A stretch of 64,000 nt of DNA from Octopus vulgaris (lineage: Eukaryota): NCBI GenBank assembly GCA_951406725.2, contig OX597829.1, positions 8,680,001 to 8,744,000 on the forward strand, in the 5' to 3' direction. Below the pieces are notes generated by a model. The model searched no databases, was not told the DNA's origin, and saw nothing but the letters and a program-made list of their open reading frames with translations. This document shows positions 38,093-51,130 of the stretch, in pieces (positions within the stretch are counted from its first letter, which is position 1; each line of letters begins with the position of its first letter). The position numbers and the translations under genes were made by a program.

Positions 38093-41000
38093 ATTTCATT
38101 TGCCTCCAGGGCGAAGGATGAGGGGACAATACAAAGACAGACATAAAGTGGGGGATGGGCTTACATATAATGGAGTGATAAAATAAAAAGTATACGCGGT
38201 ATACATTAGAAGAAGTGTATATAGTATATGATACTAGAAAAAGAGGGAAAATAAAAAAATGTTATAGTGGTGAGGTCCTCCTGATACAGGAAGACTTCTA
38301 GGTATAATCAAAGGATCCCACCATCGAAGATCTCCCTGCATACTAAGGACAAGAGCCCAGTCCAACGACTTTCTTCCGGCTCACATGTCTACACTGGCAG
38401 CGGCACCATCCACTCTTGCCATTTTCGCAACTTTCGCCAACTTTTTCATACATTCACTCGAAGACAACACCTCTCTCTCTCCCCACTCACTTTCCTTTTC
38501 AAGTGAAACTTGAAAAGTCGATGAGGGCTTTACCAAACAAAAATTTTTTTGTCCCCATTCCTTTCAGCTTCGTCCACCAGATAACCTCTTTCGCCACAGC
38601 CACCAGACAAAGGGCAACTGCCTTGCCAGCCCGATTAAAGTTGGGCGGTGGGACAATCATCATTATGGACTCATTATCTCCCAAGGATGTCGTCGCACTT
38701 CCCAGCTACTAATCCTCTGCAAATATCTAAAGTAGAATATCCACTGATCCTATTGTCCAACTTGTAGAGGACAGTGAGCACCCGACGAAATGCTGACGGG
38801 CGCCCATACTCAGTCTATCCTTTACCCAGGACTACAGCTCCTTCAAGGAGACGAGCTGCAGACAGGCGTGTCTCACAAACTGAGCCCACACACGTTCACT
38901 TTATAGAAATCACTGCATGTGGCGCAACCTGAGTGCGTGTCTGCGCATTAAAAGCCATCGCATACCTAAGCGGATACGCAAAAGAAGTTGGCAGCAGACC
39001 GACCGCTTGACCATTGGAACGTGTCCCTTCAACAAGAAAATAAACATCCTGTTCGTCGTCTCTTCCCAATTCTTATCCACCTGGATGTCGGGACCAAACC
39101 AGACCCCGAGCAGTTTAACTAGTCCGTCAGTCCAGCATCCGACGACGCAGTCCGAAGGCATCGAGCGGCCTCTCCAGGTGCCCTAGTCGCAATCCCACCG
39201 ACTTGTCAGCATTGATTTTAGCCCCTGCAACCGACTTATATTTCTAGACAGCCAACACAATTACTGTCAATTTTCCTAGAGAAATTCCTGTCTATGTACA
39301 AATTAGATGACCCTATGCTGTTGGTCCAGGTCCGCACTGGCGCATTAGGCAATTCTCGTCGGTAGCTGTTAGACAGTTGGAACTATCTAATGTGGTGCTT
39401 GAGGCTTCCAACCCCCACTCCTATCAGCTACTCCCACGCAATCCCAACGTGTGTCCTAGATACTGTTCCAGTGTCCCACTAGCAGTAAAGGGCGAGACGT
39501 ACACAGAAAGACTTCCAGACGCCTAAACACGTCCATTTATTTGGCCCCGGTAGGGCTGCAGACGGCCTCCAGTCTAAAGGCATTATCTTTGCTATTGCTC
39601 ACGTCCAGGACCGCCAAGTTTACCATCCGGGTCCGGAAGACTGGCCTTACCTCAAGATCCAGGTCTTCCTTAAACAGTACTGCCACCCCCACCTCCCATT
39701 CCCGGCCAACTAATAAATCGAAGAGGGAGTAGTGTACGTGTGTTGGAAAAATTCTGTTCTCGCTGACAGCAATTACGTCCAATTCTAGAGACCTGAGGTC
39801 GTTGAGCAGGCGACCCAGCTTCCAGGACAATCCCAGGCCACGAACATTTAAACTTCTTACTCTTAATATGGCCATGTTGGCAGGCTAAAAGAGAGAGAGA
39901 GAGAAAAGGTTTACTTATTTCCTGGGGTCTTGGGAAGGTGGGGTGGTTCTACCTTCATATTTGGTAGGGAATTTTAGGGTACTCCTTTAAAAGTCTCGAT
40001 GTGCATTTCACATTCGTGGTTCGCACCCCCAGAAGAAAGCTCGCTCGAATTCCTTTGTATGAATCGAACGACTTTCGCATTCCAGAAGCAAACCTTCTGG
40101 TACGCGAAATGTCTTCGATTCAAACTTACCGCCTCTGTTTGAATTATTTTACTTCGTGTTACGACGGCCATCAATTCCTCGTTTGTCCTTTTGATAAGCA
40201 CGAAGTTGTGTATGTGTTTTTGGTGCGGTTTTATTTGTTTGCTGGACTGTGGTGATGATGGCTTCATTAGTGCTGTTCCGGTTGAGTCTGTGTTTGCTGT
40301 AAGTGCGGTGTCTGCGGTTTCAGATGTTTGTGTGTATTTTTTTATGTGTCTGTTTATGTTGCTTGCGTTTGAGGGATTCTGGTGGTGTTAATGGTACCGG
40401 TGGTGGTGTTGGTGTAGTTGGGGAGATGTTTGTGTGAGTGTGATCTGCATTTTGGATAGTGGGTGTTTTTATTTGTGGAGTTTGTTCCTGTTTTCTTTTT
40501 GGTTTGGGGGATTTTGGTATTCCTCCGTCTTCACTACTGCAAGATGAGGGATCTGCAACTGTAAGTGTGTCTGTGTCTGTGTGTTTATGTTTTTATTCCT
40601 GTGTAATTTTGAGGGGAGGGGGATTGGGAGAGATTTCCTCGTTTCCCTCTGTGTGGCTAATATCGTTGGTGATATTTCCATCGGTAGTGTTGCTGGTGGT
40701 TTTGGTGGTGTTGGTGGTGGTGGTGGTCCTCGCCCCGGCAGAGTAGCAATGGAGACCTTCGGTCCCTTGCATCTTTTATCAGTTGAGAGCAGAACGCTCG
40801 CGAATGGGTTGTTTCTCCGCAAATGAAACAATACGGCCTTTTGCAGTCAGTCATTATATGTATCATCGTCCCGTTCTAGAGACGGATGTGGTCGGTGATT
40901 CTTTTTACATTTTCGGTCTTGATCTGGAGAAGTATCTCCAGGTCAACCCCGGACCAATTCTCCTCGACATTTCTTGTCACCTCTATCTGGACGGTATCGG

Positions 41001-41254
41001 TCCCTTCCACAATTACGCATCCCAGAAGCCACCACATTTTAAGTCCTGGTGGAATCTCGGGGATGCGGACACAAGCTGTTCGTTTTCCTATTTGGGAAGG
41101 GTGCATTATGACCTTGCTGGTTTTACAAAGGGGTCATCGAATGTTTCAAAGCGAGGACTTCTGACTTGAATAGTACCAAAAATGGTGCCGTATTTTCTGC
41201 CCTTCGCTATGTACTCGGTGTCATCCCTGATGCACCTCAGTTCGGCTTCAATAT
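38093..41254 (-). mobile_element. Degenerate, internally deleted Tx1-like LINE (copy C, diverged family)
   Basis: ORF1 KGRKYGTI, CFICGETTHSRAFC; ORF2 MAILRVRSLNVRGLG, WTDGLVKLLGVWFGPD, MRRHALRLRH; RT core deleted; (ATT)n after the 3' end. Confidence 0.9.
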
Positions 41255-41274
41255 CCCTAACCCTAACCCTAATG

Positions 41275-41535
41275 AAATCCGCCTCCTCTGTTTCAGCTGC
41301 AAAATGTGTGGAAAGAGGATCGAAAGCGTGACTCACATTGTTAGTGCTTGTGAAAGTCTTGTGCAAAAAGGGTACAAGCACAGAAACGACAATGTAGCCC
41401 AAAATTTTCACTGGTTTCTATGCCGGAAGTATGGATACGACTTTGACTTCCAGACAGATAAGGTATTAAATCACGGAGGGCCAGATATAATATACTTTAG
41501 GAAAGACAAGCAAGAGTGCCTAATAATACCTATTT
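41275..41535 (+). mobile_element. R4/Dong-like LINE fragment (CCHC and start of REL)
   Basis: CKMCGKRIESVTHIVSAC, YKHRNDNVA, FQTDKVLNHGGPDII. Confidence 0.85.
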
Positions 41536-41589
41536 AGGTCAACCGTACATATCACAAAGTGGATAACTTATACTAGCCTTATCTACTGG

Positions 41590-43480
41590 CCTACACCAAG
41601 TCTGGCTATTCCTGCCCCTGTCGGAGCATAGACAGCTACCAGTCTGAAAGCATCCCCGTAGCTTCTGTTCATATTCAGGACCACCAGATTACTTGTTGGA
41701 TCCAGGAAGATGACCCTTATATTGAGATACAAACCTTTCCGGATTAACACTGCAGTTACACCCCTCATTCCCAGTTGACATGGAAATCTCATATCCACCG
41801 AAAATGTACATGAAAGCTTGTCGATTGGAAAGTCTAGTCTCACTGACAAACAGTACATCTAAACTTTATGAACTCAGGTAACCGAATAAATGGCCGTTTC
41901 CAGAGTGACCCCAGGCCACGTGCATTTATACTACGTATTCTCAGCAAGGTCGTGTTTCTCAGAGAGAGAAGAATGAAGAATATTACTAACGCTATTTCTA
42001 TGGAGAGACAGATCCTCTATCATTCTGACTATTTGTGAGCGTCTCCACGAGCATTTCTTTGTAGTCTTTTGCTTGTGGTACTACGAAAATCTTCCAGTCC
42101 TTTGGGATAGTTTGTTTTCAGTTTGTTGCAAACTTGTTACGTTGTTTTTTTTTTTGTTTTTTTGATAAGTTTTTTTATGTGGATATGAATGTTATGTGGG
42201 AGTGCGATGTATTCATTTAGAGTAATGCCTGTGTATTTTTGAATGTCTTGTTAAGTTATTGTTGTTTGTGACTATGACCGTGAAACTAGTGATGCTTTAG
42301 AGGTAATGTTCATGCCGATGGTTTGGATTGCTATGAATTTTTGTTTCTTGTGATGTTTGCAATTCCGGTGGCTTCCGTGGTGTTGTAAATGCTTATAATT
42401 GTGTTGTCGTAGAGTGTGCCTGTCTGAACTAGCATACTGGTTTCTGTACCTTGTTCTCCAATTTTTTCGTTTTAATCTTGTACCTCGCTTTTAATTTTGC
42501 AATGTTTTCTTTTTCTAGTTACCTGACACCATTCTGGCGGTTTCCTCAATCTGTTTTCCTCGCTAGATGAGTTATTGCCTCGAGGGAGTCTGTGGCCGGG
42601 TTAAAGGTATGTCTGCACAGCTGCACATTTCTAAACCTGATCGAATGGTGCGGATGAGGCTTCTCTGCGTTAGATTGTGCAGTTGAAGTTACTGTTTTTC
42701 TCCAGTGTGGTACCGGTGCTTGATGCAGATGGTGTTGAATAGATTTCTCCTGCTGCTGCTGCTGCTGCTGCTTCTGTTAATGCTGTTGTTGTTTTGGCAT
42801 TGATGCTGTTAGTGTTGTTGTATTTGGTGGTACTGCTGTTGGTTTAGATGTTGTTGTGTTAGAGAAGCATGCTGCAACGGAGGTTTTACTTTTCTTTGGT
42901 AGAACAGAAAGCTTTAAATGGCATCTCAGCTTTCTACACTCGACTGTTTCGAATAACCGTACCATTCGGAGGCTGATGAAGTCCGGCATGGCTTCGATTA
43001 TTCTGATCGGCGTGTATCCATAATTCCATTCACGCCATAACCAATTTTCCTTTCCAATTTTATGTATTTAGAGAATTATTGTTTTGTTTACTCTGTTGTA
43101 TAACACGGTTGCCGCCAACAAGGCGATGTCCAATTCAGCACCTCTGCTATCTTTATTTTAAGTACTCTCCAACTGAGATATATCAGAATTAGCCGCAATT
43201 CTTCATTCTTGAGGATTGCTGTTTAAAAAGAACGGACGCTAATATCCTTGTATTCATTTTTGTGTTGGTGGTGACGGTAGTAGTGGTAGTGATGGTGGTG
43301 GTGTTAGCGTTTGAGTAGTGATGGAGGTCGTGGTTTGGTCACTTTTAACATTATTTAGCTCGTCGCCGTTGCTGTTGCTCCTTTTGCGGTTGTTAATGAT
43401 ATTTTGTTGTTGTCTGTGATTTGTCTGTCGGCCATATCAATTAGCGGTGGAAAAATGTCATAATAGCTGTTCCAACAGCC
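41590..43480 (-). mobile_element. Degenerate Tx1-like LINE (copy D): ORF1 and start of the ORF2 endonuclease
   Basis: LLRIRSINARGLG, IFLDPTSNLVVL, AFRLVAVYAPTG; ORF1 relics ISVRS, LKIKIAEV near 43.1-43.25 kb. Confidence 0.75.
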
Positions 43481-43849
43481 ATTACTTCTCTCGAATTAGA
43501 AGCAATATTATTGCTTTGTTTTGAAATAATAAATTTTAAATGTTAAATCCCAAAATTTACCCTTAAAGGTTACATTTTAGCTGCAAGCAAAGCGAGATGG
43601 CTTATTTATAAGCAGTCCAACAAAATTTCGAATACCAAATAACAAAACAATAAATTTTAAAGAAAACTTAGGAGCCAGGCTGCAGCAAATATTTTGCTCA
43701 ATACTACAAAGTTTCTTGTCAGTTGTTTGACCATAACCTGTTGTGAATGTCTCTTGGTAGCAGACGATATGTGCATCTCTGATGACGAACAGATGTAGTG
43801 GGGGAGTATCATAGTCATTTGTTGAGATAAATTCTTTGGGTTTGGATAA

Positions 43850-44147
43850 TTCACCTTTGGAAATATGGTGTTTCGTTCAACATCCTTAAACGATCCTTAT
43901 TCAGGGACCTTTTTAGCGGGATGGGCTACTCGACCCGAAGAAAATTCTAAACTGGGCCCCACCTGAAAGGTCATACACATTTTATCTTGATATGGAATCA
44001 CCATGTCTTGCACATATGGTTGTGATACCTATGCTTGGTGTAACCTTATCAGACGGGTAGTCATAATGAATATACTGGGCTACATATATTTTGCCCCAGT
44101 GTTACTTTGTTGGTATGTACTGCTCCCTCACTCAATAATAATAATAA

Positions 44148-44212
<65 letters not shown>

Positions 44213-44240
44213 TGCTGCTGCTGCTGATGATGATGATGAT
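43850..44240 (+). repeat. Probable retroposon 3' end with (TAA)n(TAG)n tail
   Basis: More GC-rich segment ending CCTCACTC then (AAT)n(AGT)n; family not identified. Confidence 0.45.
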
Positions 44241-44243
44241 AAC

Positions 44244-44820
44244 AACAAGAGCACTCAGAGATCGCAAACCTCCGCCAAGGCAGCACCAACGTCTTCTCAA
44301 CGATTAGCCAAAGATGATTTTTAAAATGAGAATACCTGAAATAAACTCGACTGCTCTCACAAACGACAATGCCAAAAATGAACCCGACCGCTCTCAGAAA
44401 TTAGCTTAAAAACGGAAAATAATCCAGAATCCTTGTCTGGTACCTGTTCGATCCCAATGATAGTCATGGAATGTGAAGGTGGCTGTAGAAAATTTAGTAA
44501 CAGTAATAAATAGTCTATCCTTATCTAATGCAAGCCAAAGTTAATAAATTCACCATTCAAAATAGTTTCAAAGGCAGCGGTAATAAATAATTTCTACTCA
44601 AGAATTTTAAAAATGAATAGCATGTGGTAGTTTGGTTTTCTCTTCTCTTAAATCCCGGCCTTCTTTTAGTATTCCTGATGTTTTAGATAAATGTATAATG
44701 TATGTATATAAATAAATATACTGTAAAGTGTTAATATGAATGTATAATATAATATAATATAATAATATAATATAATAATACAATATAATATGATATAATA
44801 TAATATAATAATATAATATA

Positions 44821-44867
<47 letters not shown>

Positions 44868-45873
44868 TCTTTTACTCTTTTACTTGTTTCAGTCATTTGA
44901 CTGCGGCCATGCTGGAGCACCGCCTTTAGTCGAGCAAATCGACCCCGGAACTTATTCTTTCTAAGCCCAGTACTTATTCTATCGGTCTCTTTTGCCGAAC
45001 CGCTAAGTGACGGGGACGTAAACACACCAGCATCGGTTGTCAAGCAATGCTAGGGGGACAAACACAGACACTCAAACACATACACACATAATTGCATATT
45101 ATATTTGAAATTTTTTACTTATATCTCTTTATCTTTTTACTATTAATGTATATCTCTTTTTGTATAATGCCTCTACTCATATGTAATGGTGTATTAAAGT
45201 ATTGATTGGGTATCATCGGATAGTTGATGTTTTATTGATTTAAGTATGTTTCTCCATTCTCTAATTTTGTAGTTATATATACATACATATATACGACAGG
45301 CTTCTTTCAGTTTCCGTCTACCAAATCCACTCACAAGGCATTGGTCGGCCCGGGGCTATAGCAGAAACACTTGCCCAAGATGCCACGCAGCGGGACTGAA
45401 CCCGGAACCATGTGGTTGGTTAGCAAGCTACTTACCACACAGCCTACATATATATATTATAAAAATATGTTAGCGTTATTTAATTTCTGATCAGTTTTGC
45501 TGCCATTTGTTCATGTAGTTTGATTTCTTTATCCATCAGTTTCTACTATGATAGAGACGCGAACAAAATCAATAATAAAGAAACAAAAATAAAACTTTGG
45601 ACATAGCCTACAAGGAGATAATTGAGAAAGACTTGGAAGTGAACGTAAGATCGTAATCATGTAAAATAAATATAACAAATAATCCAGAATCTTTGTCCGG
45701 TACTGGATCGATCCCAAAATCTAATCAGTTCATGCCAGTCATGAGGCTAAACATCCCTGAAAGTTTCATCCGAATCCATCCAGCGGTTTTTGAGATCTGT
45801 TGTCCACGGCCAAAGAAGCAAACAAACACGACTGAAACAATACCACTGCCTTCGCTATGGCGGAGGGAATAAT
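44244..45873 (+). mobile_element. Helentron-associated (HINE/DINE-1-like) non-autonomous element with nested insertions
   Basis: 5' AACAAGAG...CCTCCGCCAAGGCAG (44269) inverted against 3' CTGCCTTCGCTATGGCGGAGG (45846-45866), which itself forms a hairpin; AATAATCCAGAATC.TTGTC.GGTAC duplicated at about 44419 and 45678. Confidence 0.6.
44867..45443 (-). mobile_element. tRNA-head CORE-like SINE, near full length, with an AT-rich insert
   Basis: Head GGCTGTGTGGTAAGTAGC...GGGTTCAGTCCC, core CTTGGGCAAGT, tail GGTGCTCCAGCATGGCCGCAGTCAAATGACTGAAACAAGTAAAAGAGTAAAAGAG. Confidence 0.88.
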
Positions 45874-46298
45874 CACAGAAGTGAAAGCAAGAAATGGAAA
45901 ATTTAGAGAAAAGATCACAGACATTGAAATACAGAATTGAAAAAAAGAAAATAATGAAAAATTTGGAGAAGTTAAAAAAAAAAAGAGGAATCTCTCAAGT
46001 GACGGCCTTTTGCTGCTGCTGTTCGTAATTAGGCTGCTCCAACTAATATTCTGAGAAATGAAAAAGAACGGATACATTTTAGGGCAAGCGTAAGAAAAGA
46101 AAGAGGTAACTTTTGCGGAAGTAACTAAAAGCAGAAAAATTGGCGAAATGCATTGAGAATTTATTCAGCAAGTATAAAGATGAAATTTGAGTGAAATGTG
46201 GTCAATTGGCATTGAAACATCGAAAGGTAGCTAGAAAAGGTGAAATAGTTTTCATCTTCAAAGAGTTTATTGGCATAAAAGGTATAAATACCATGGTA

Positions 46299-47583
46299 CG
46301 AGGGACGTTCAGTAAGTAATGCCCCTGACCCACTTGCAATTGTTTGATCTTGATGAAATTTTGCATGTGCAATTATTTATATCTCTATAGATTACGTGGC
46401 AAATTACAGCTAATTGTGGTTTCTGATTTACAGGTGTTTGAAATGTTTCAAGTGTGAAATGGAACCTGTTGAGTGTCGAGCAGTGATCCGGGTTTTGTAT
46501 TTGAAAGGACGCACACCACGGGAGACTTTTGATGAAATGAAAGTAACTTATGGTGATGATGCCCCATCATATGACCTTGTAAAACGATGGCATCGTGAAT
46601 TCAAACATGGTCGGAACTCTGTGGAAACAGCCCCCAGATCTGGTCACCCTCCTTCTGCCATTGATGAGGCATCTGTCCGTAAAGTTGAGGCTGCCATTTT
46701 GGAAGATAGACGCATAACTATTCGCCAAATAGCCCATGAGGTCAAGATTAGTACCGGGTCTGTGGAAACTATCATTCATGACCATTTGCATATGCAAAAG
46801 GTGTCTGCCAGATGGATTCCCAGGTTGCTCACACCTTTCCAGAAGCAAGAACGCGTCGAGTGCTCAAGGATGAATTTGGAGATATGCCAAGAAGATGAGT
46901 CAACATTTTTCAAAAGACTGATTACACAGGATGAAACCTGAGTCCATCACCATGATCCAGAGACCAAAGCCCAGTCAATGCAATGGAAACACCGTGACTC
47001 ACCTCCTCAAAAGAAGGCAAGGGTGCAGCCCTCCGCTGGCAAGGTCATGCTCACAGTCTTCTGGGACCAGGACGGAGTAGCGATGACAGATTTCCTGGCA
47101 AAGGGTACCACAATTACAGGAGCCTATAATGCTTCACTTTTGAGGAAATTAAGAGAAGCTATCTAAATTAAGAGGCGGGGCAAGATCAGCAAAGACATCC
47201 TCCTCCTGCAGGACAACGCTCCGGTCCACAACTCGATGGTCGCCAGATCAGAAGCACAGGCGTGCGGCTATGAACTCCTCCCCCACCCCCCTACTCTCCT
47301 GACCTTGCACCCTCGGATTTTCACCTCTTCCCAGCCATGAAGTTGTTTTTGAAAGGAAAGCGTTTCCCAGATGATGCAGCCTTGATTTCTGAAGTCAGGT
47401 CGTGGTTGGAGGACCAAGCTGGGGTCTTCTACAAAAACGGTCTCTAGAGCTGCATCAAACGATAGGAGAAATGCGTAACTCTGGGTGGTTCCTATGTAAA
47501 AGAAGACTAATAACTGTGCCAAGTGTCGTTGCTCTACTGCTATGGGAAGTGGGTCAGGGGCATTACTTATTGAATGCCCCTCG
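46299..47583 (+). mobile_element. Full-length mariner transposon (irritans-like), 37-bp TIRs, TA target duplication
   Basis: TA-CGAGGGACGTTCAGTAAGTAATGCCCCTGACCCACTT ... AAGTGGGTCAGGGGCATTACTTATTGAATGCCCCTCG-TA (3 mismatches). Confidence 0.97.
46459..47510 (+). pseudogene. Mariner DD34D transposase with premature stops and a frameshift
   Basis: MEPVECRAVIR, WIPRLL, ITQDET-stop, KVMLTVFWD, LLQDNAPVH, HPPYSPDLAPSDF. Confidence 0.95.
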
Positions 47584-48729
47584 TATCTTGGAAGCAGATA
47601 AAATACTTCATAGCAACATGAAATACATTAACCGGATAAAACTGCAAACATTAGAAAAATGGCGTATTCAAAATTCAATGGAGGCAACATCATAATAGCT
47701 ATAAATTTATGGACAATGTCATTTTAAAGGTACACTTGTGGGTATAGCAGACTAGCAGAAGAGTTGCATAAAATAGACAGGAAGGCGAGAACAAGAGCTT
47801 AATGGCAGTACCCCAGAATAATGCATAGATAACATACATCATCAGAAAAGAATGCGAAAGACGCCTGCTAAGCATAACTGAATGTATTAAGCGTGAGGAA
47901 GAAGACCTGACCAAGTATATTAGCCAATGAGAGACTAATAAGTGCATTAAAAAGGTTTATTGCTAAATGTGGAAACTATTTGTTAGGAAGAAACAAAAAT
48001 GATAATTGTGGAAAAGGAAAATGTTACATGGAAAAATTATAAGGGATATAGAAAGAACGAGAAATATTGAATCCTGGAAGTAGCAACAAAAAGTATTTTT
48101 GACAAAACATTGGGATTGATATTTACAGTCCAGGATTAAGGTCTTGGATAATGAAAAATATTGACAAAGTGTAGATTGTGCAGTTTAAGGGACGAGTCAA
48201 ATTTTTCATGTAACATCAAAATGTTCCAAAATGGTGCAAAAACATGGGCTCAGACTAGTGAGGTCAACTCTTTCCTCTACCGCATAGATCACGAAAAGTC
48301 ACAAAGTCCTCTGGGACTGTGACGTACAAAACCAACTGACTATGTGATAGTACACAATAGGCCAGATATTCCGGTCGTGTACAAGAAATATATTATATGT
48401 GATATTATTGACACACCAATCCTCAAGTCAAAAATATATCAAGTAAAGAGGAACAGAAAATGATGAACTACAGTAGAGTGAGATGAGAACTGAAAAAGAT
48501 ATACTTTAACGCAACAAATGTAATCACGAACGAAGTGCTGCGGTGAACAATACGAAATCTGTTGAAGACTGGAACTTCTCTCATTGGCCCAGTCATTTGT
48601 GTATGTCATTTGGGCTAATAAAAAATACAACTAAGGAAAAGTACCCAAAGAAACTACATAGTAACCAGTCTGACGTTACACTGACTACTATTTTATCTAA
48701 TATAGTATACGGAAAATATAACATCAATA

Positions 48730-50123
48730 TCTATAAATCTGAAATGCAAAAAGTTTGTCTGGTTTTGGCACTGGAACGAGTTAAAGGGCACTAGATCCCG
48801 TGGGATTGACTCCAAAGTTTACAGGGACATGTAAAATGAGGTGAAGATGCGAGTGGGCTAGGTTAGAAATCCCTATCTTAAAAGGTGTCGTTACTAGGGC
48901 AAAAAACACACACTTTGACAAGTCTCCTCTCATTCTCTTATCTGTCTGTCTTCCTCCGTGTCTCTCTCTTTCCTCCCTTCCTTTCACATTCTCTCTATAA
49001 CGTCGTTTGACAACGTCTACTATCTTTCCCCTACTGCCTTCGCCAGCGCTATCCCTCTTTCCTCTACCGCTTCCCCCCTCTCTCTCTCTCTCTGTATGTA
49101 TGTCTGCATTCATAGAGAGTTTTATTATCGCCACAACCACCACAGAATCATGAGAACAAATATTATGGATCAGATATTTATTGGGTTAATTTCTATATGT
49201 GTGTGTGTGTGTTCTATATATAAATATGTATATATAATGCGTATATATATATATATATATATATATAATGTGTGCATTATGTGGTTGGTTGAGCTGAAAA
49301 TATGCACACCTATGTTAAAAGTGGTGGCGAGTTTGCATGGCAACTATTTTTTTCCTCATAAAATGTGGCCCGAGTAGACCTGAATGAAATCGGGTTATAT
49401 TAACCAAAATGTGAAAAGGGGTCTAAATGGGGCTGGAAAGGAATTAAAATTTACAGGAGCGGGTGTTTAAGAATTCTCTGTTACATCAAGCTAAAAAATT
49501 TGCGCCAGCCTTTAAATCTTCAATGTGTTGCCGTCCATGATGAAGAAGTTTTGAATGCTTGCCATGGTGAGTCTACTGTCGTGAGAAAGAATCACTTCAA
49601 AACTTAGTGTTTAGGAATATTCTTTTACATCAAGTTCAAAATTTTACGCCAGCCGTTAAACTGCCACTACGTTGCTGTCCGTCGTTAAGAAATGCCAGCC
49701 ATGGTGACTATACTATCCTCAAATTCTATCCCTTCAAACTTTGGTTTCCAATATATTTTATTTTTATTCAGCTTGCAACTTCGTCTGTCCCTTTTAAATT
49801 TTAGTGTTTTGCTGTCTGCCTTGAAGCAGACCTTTCCGTTGTCACTGCCTGATATTTATGATTGATCTTTCAAAATATTTTATTTCTCAACTTACTCAAG
49901 ATTTTTGTTGTTTATAAATGGGAGAGAGATAGATAGAGAAAGATGGAGAGTAAGAGAAAGCGAGGGAGAGTCCGAGAGAAAGGAAGATTAAGAGAGTGGG
50001 AAAGTGGGAGAGAAAGGAGAGAGAAACAAAGAGGGAGAATGTGGTGATAAAAAACAGAAAGGAAGCAACGGAAAGTAACAACCACACTCTTACCCGCGCG
50101 TAGAGCGGGTCACCTTAAGCTAG
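48730..50123 (+). mobile_element. Non-autonomous Helitron
   Basis: 5' A|TCTATAAATCT; 3' hairpin ACCCGC-GCGTAGA-GCGGGT about 9 nt before CTAG|T; A/T insertion site. Pairing of the two ends is inferred. Confidence 0.65.
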
Positions 50124-50879
50124 TATCTTATAAATCTCAAACGGGACGTTTGCTGTAAATCGTATAGCTATTAAAAAAAAACGGTTTTGACCATTCCAAA
50201 TTAATGGTTTACTAATGTGCTAAACAACTAAAATTATATACCAGTGGCTGTTAATTGGAATCTTAATACGTACAATATCAAGATATGCTATTTTATATAT
50301 TTTCGCATTGAAGAAAATGTCGGAAAAAGTTGCAACATCCCTTGTGAGATTCAGACGTCGTATCTCTTGTAAAGTGTACAATACTTGCTATACGGACCCC
50401 ACATCTATCGTAAACCGTACAAAACCGCTATGGATTTATCTGCTTCCTTTTCACTCTTCAGGAAGCTATTCCCACAAAGAAAGCTGGTGCAGATTATGTA
50501 CAATGAGTTGTGTTATTTTGCGAGATAGACTATGTTTTGTATATGGTGCGTGAATTGTATAGCTAACCACTACAACAAGGTGACATCACCATTAGCGTGC
50601 AAATTAAGAAATTCATCCTGTATACATCATATATCATGATATATAGGTTATGTATATGGATCTTTTTGTCCTTGAAGTGAGATTTTGTTTTCTTGTTTCT
50701 GATATTGTTTGGGTTTTTCTTCTGTTGTGTAGTGGTTCTAGAATCGCACCACAACCACAACAACAATACATTAATACTGAAACTACCTAAAGAAAAGCCA
50801 TAAATGTATTGTAATAGAATGAATTTTCCAGCTTTCCCAAAGTCTGGGAGTGCTGAAACACTTTACTACCAATGCCACT

Positions 50880-51130
50880 TCTTTGTGGAAACCGGCTTAA
50901 TTCGTTGGTTAATATACTAACAACAACACCTACCTCAAAGCAGCAACATCGACGAGAATCAGAGAAGAAATTCACTTGCAAGAAAATAGAGACATATGTA
51001 GTACTGTCCGAGACCAAAGGGAAAGCATATGGCTGGACGTTCTCCAGGAGGACGCAGATAACAAATAGATGCACAATGGCATACTGATACATCAACACAA
51101 AAGTTCGACGGGAGGAGAGATGACGCTTGT
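50880..51130 (+). mobile_element. Degenerate RTE-like LINE C-terminal relic
   Basis: Broken-frame match to W.GH..RR.DN.W (ATGGCTGGACGTTCTCCAGGAGGACGCAGATAACAAA). Confidence 0.4.

Larger units (their letters stand above)
45880..48545 (+). mobile_element. Degenerate R4/Dong-like LINE interrupted by the mariner
   Basis: Relics IKMKF..KC (before the mariner); RKEC.RRLLSI, MLHGK, GLIFTVQD, CRLC, KVLWD, HNRPDI (after). Confidence 0.7.

Noticed and set aside
35860-38146. Poly-L/V/I/E ORFs resembling membrane or acidic proteins
   Set aside because: Trinucleotide microsatellite translations.
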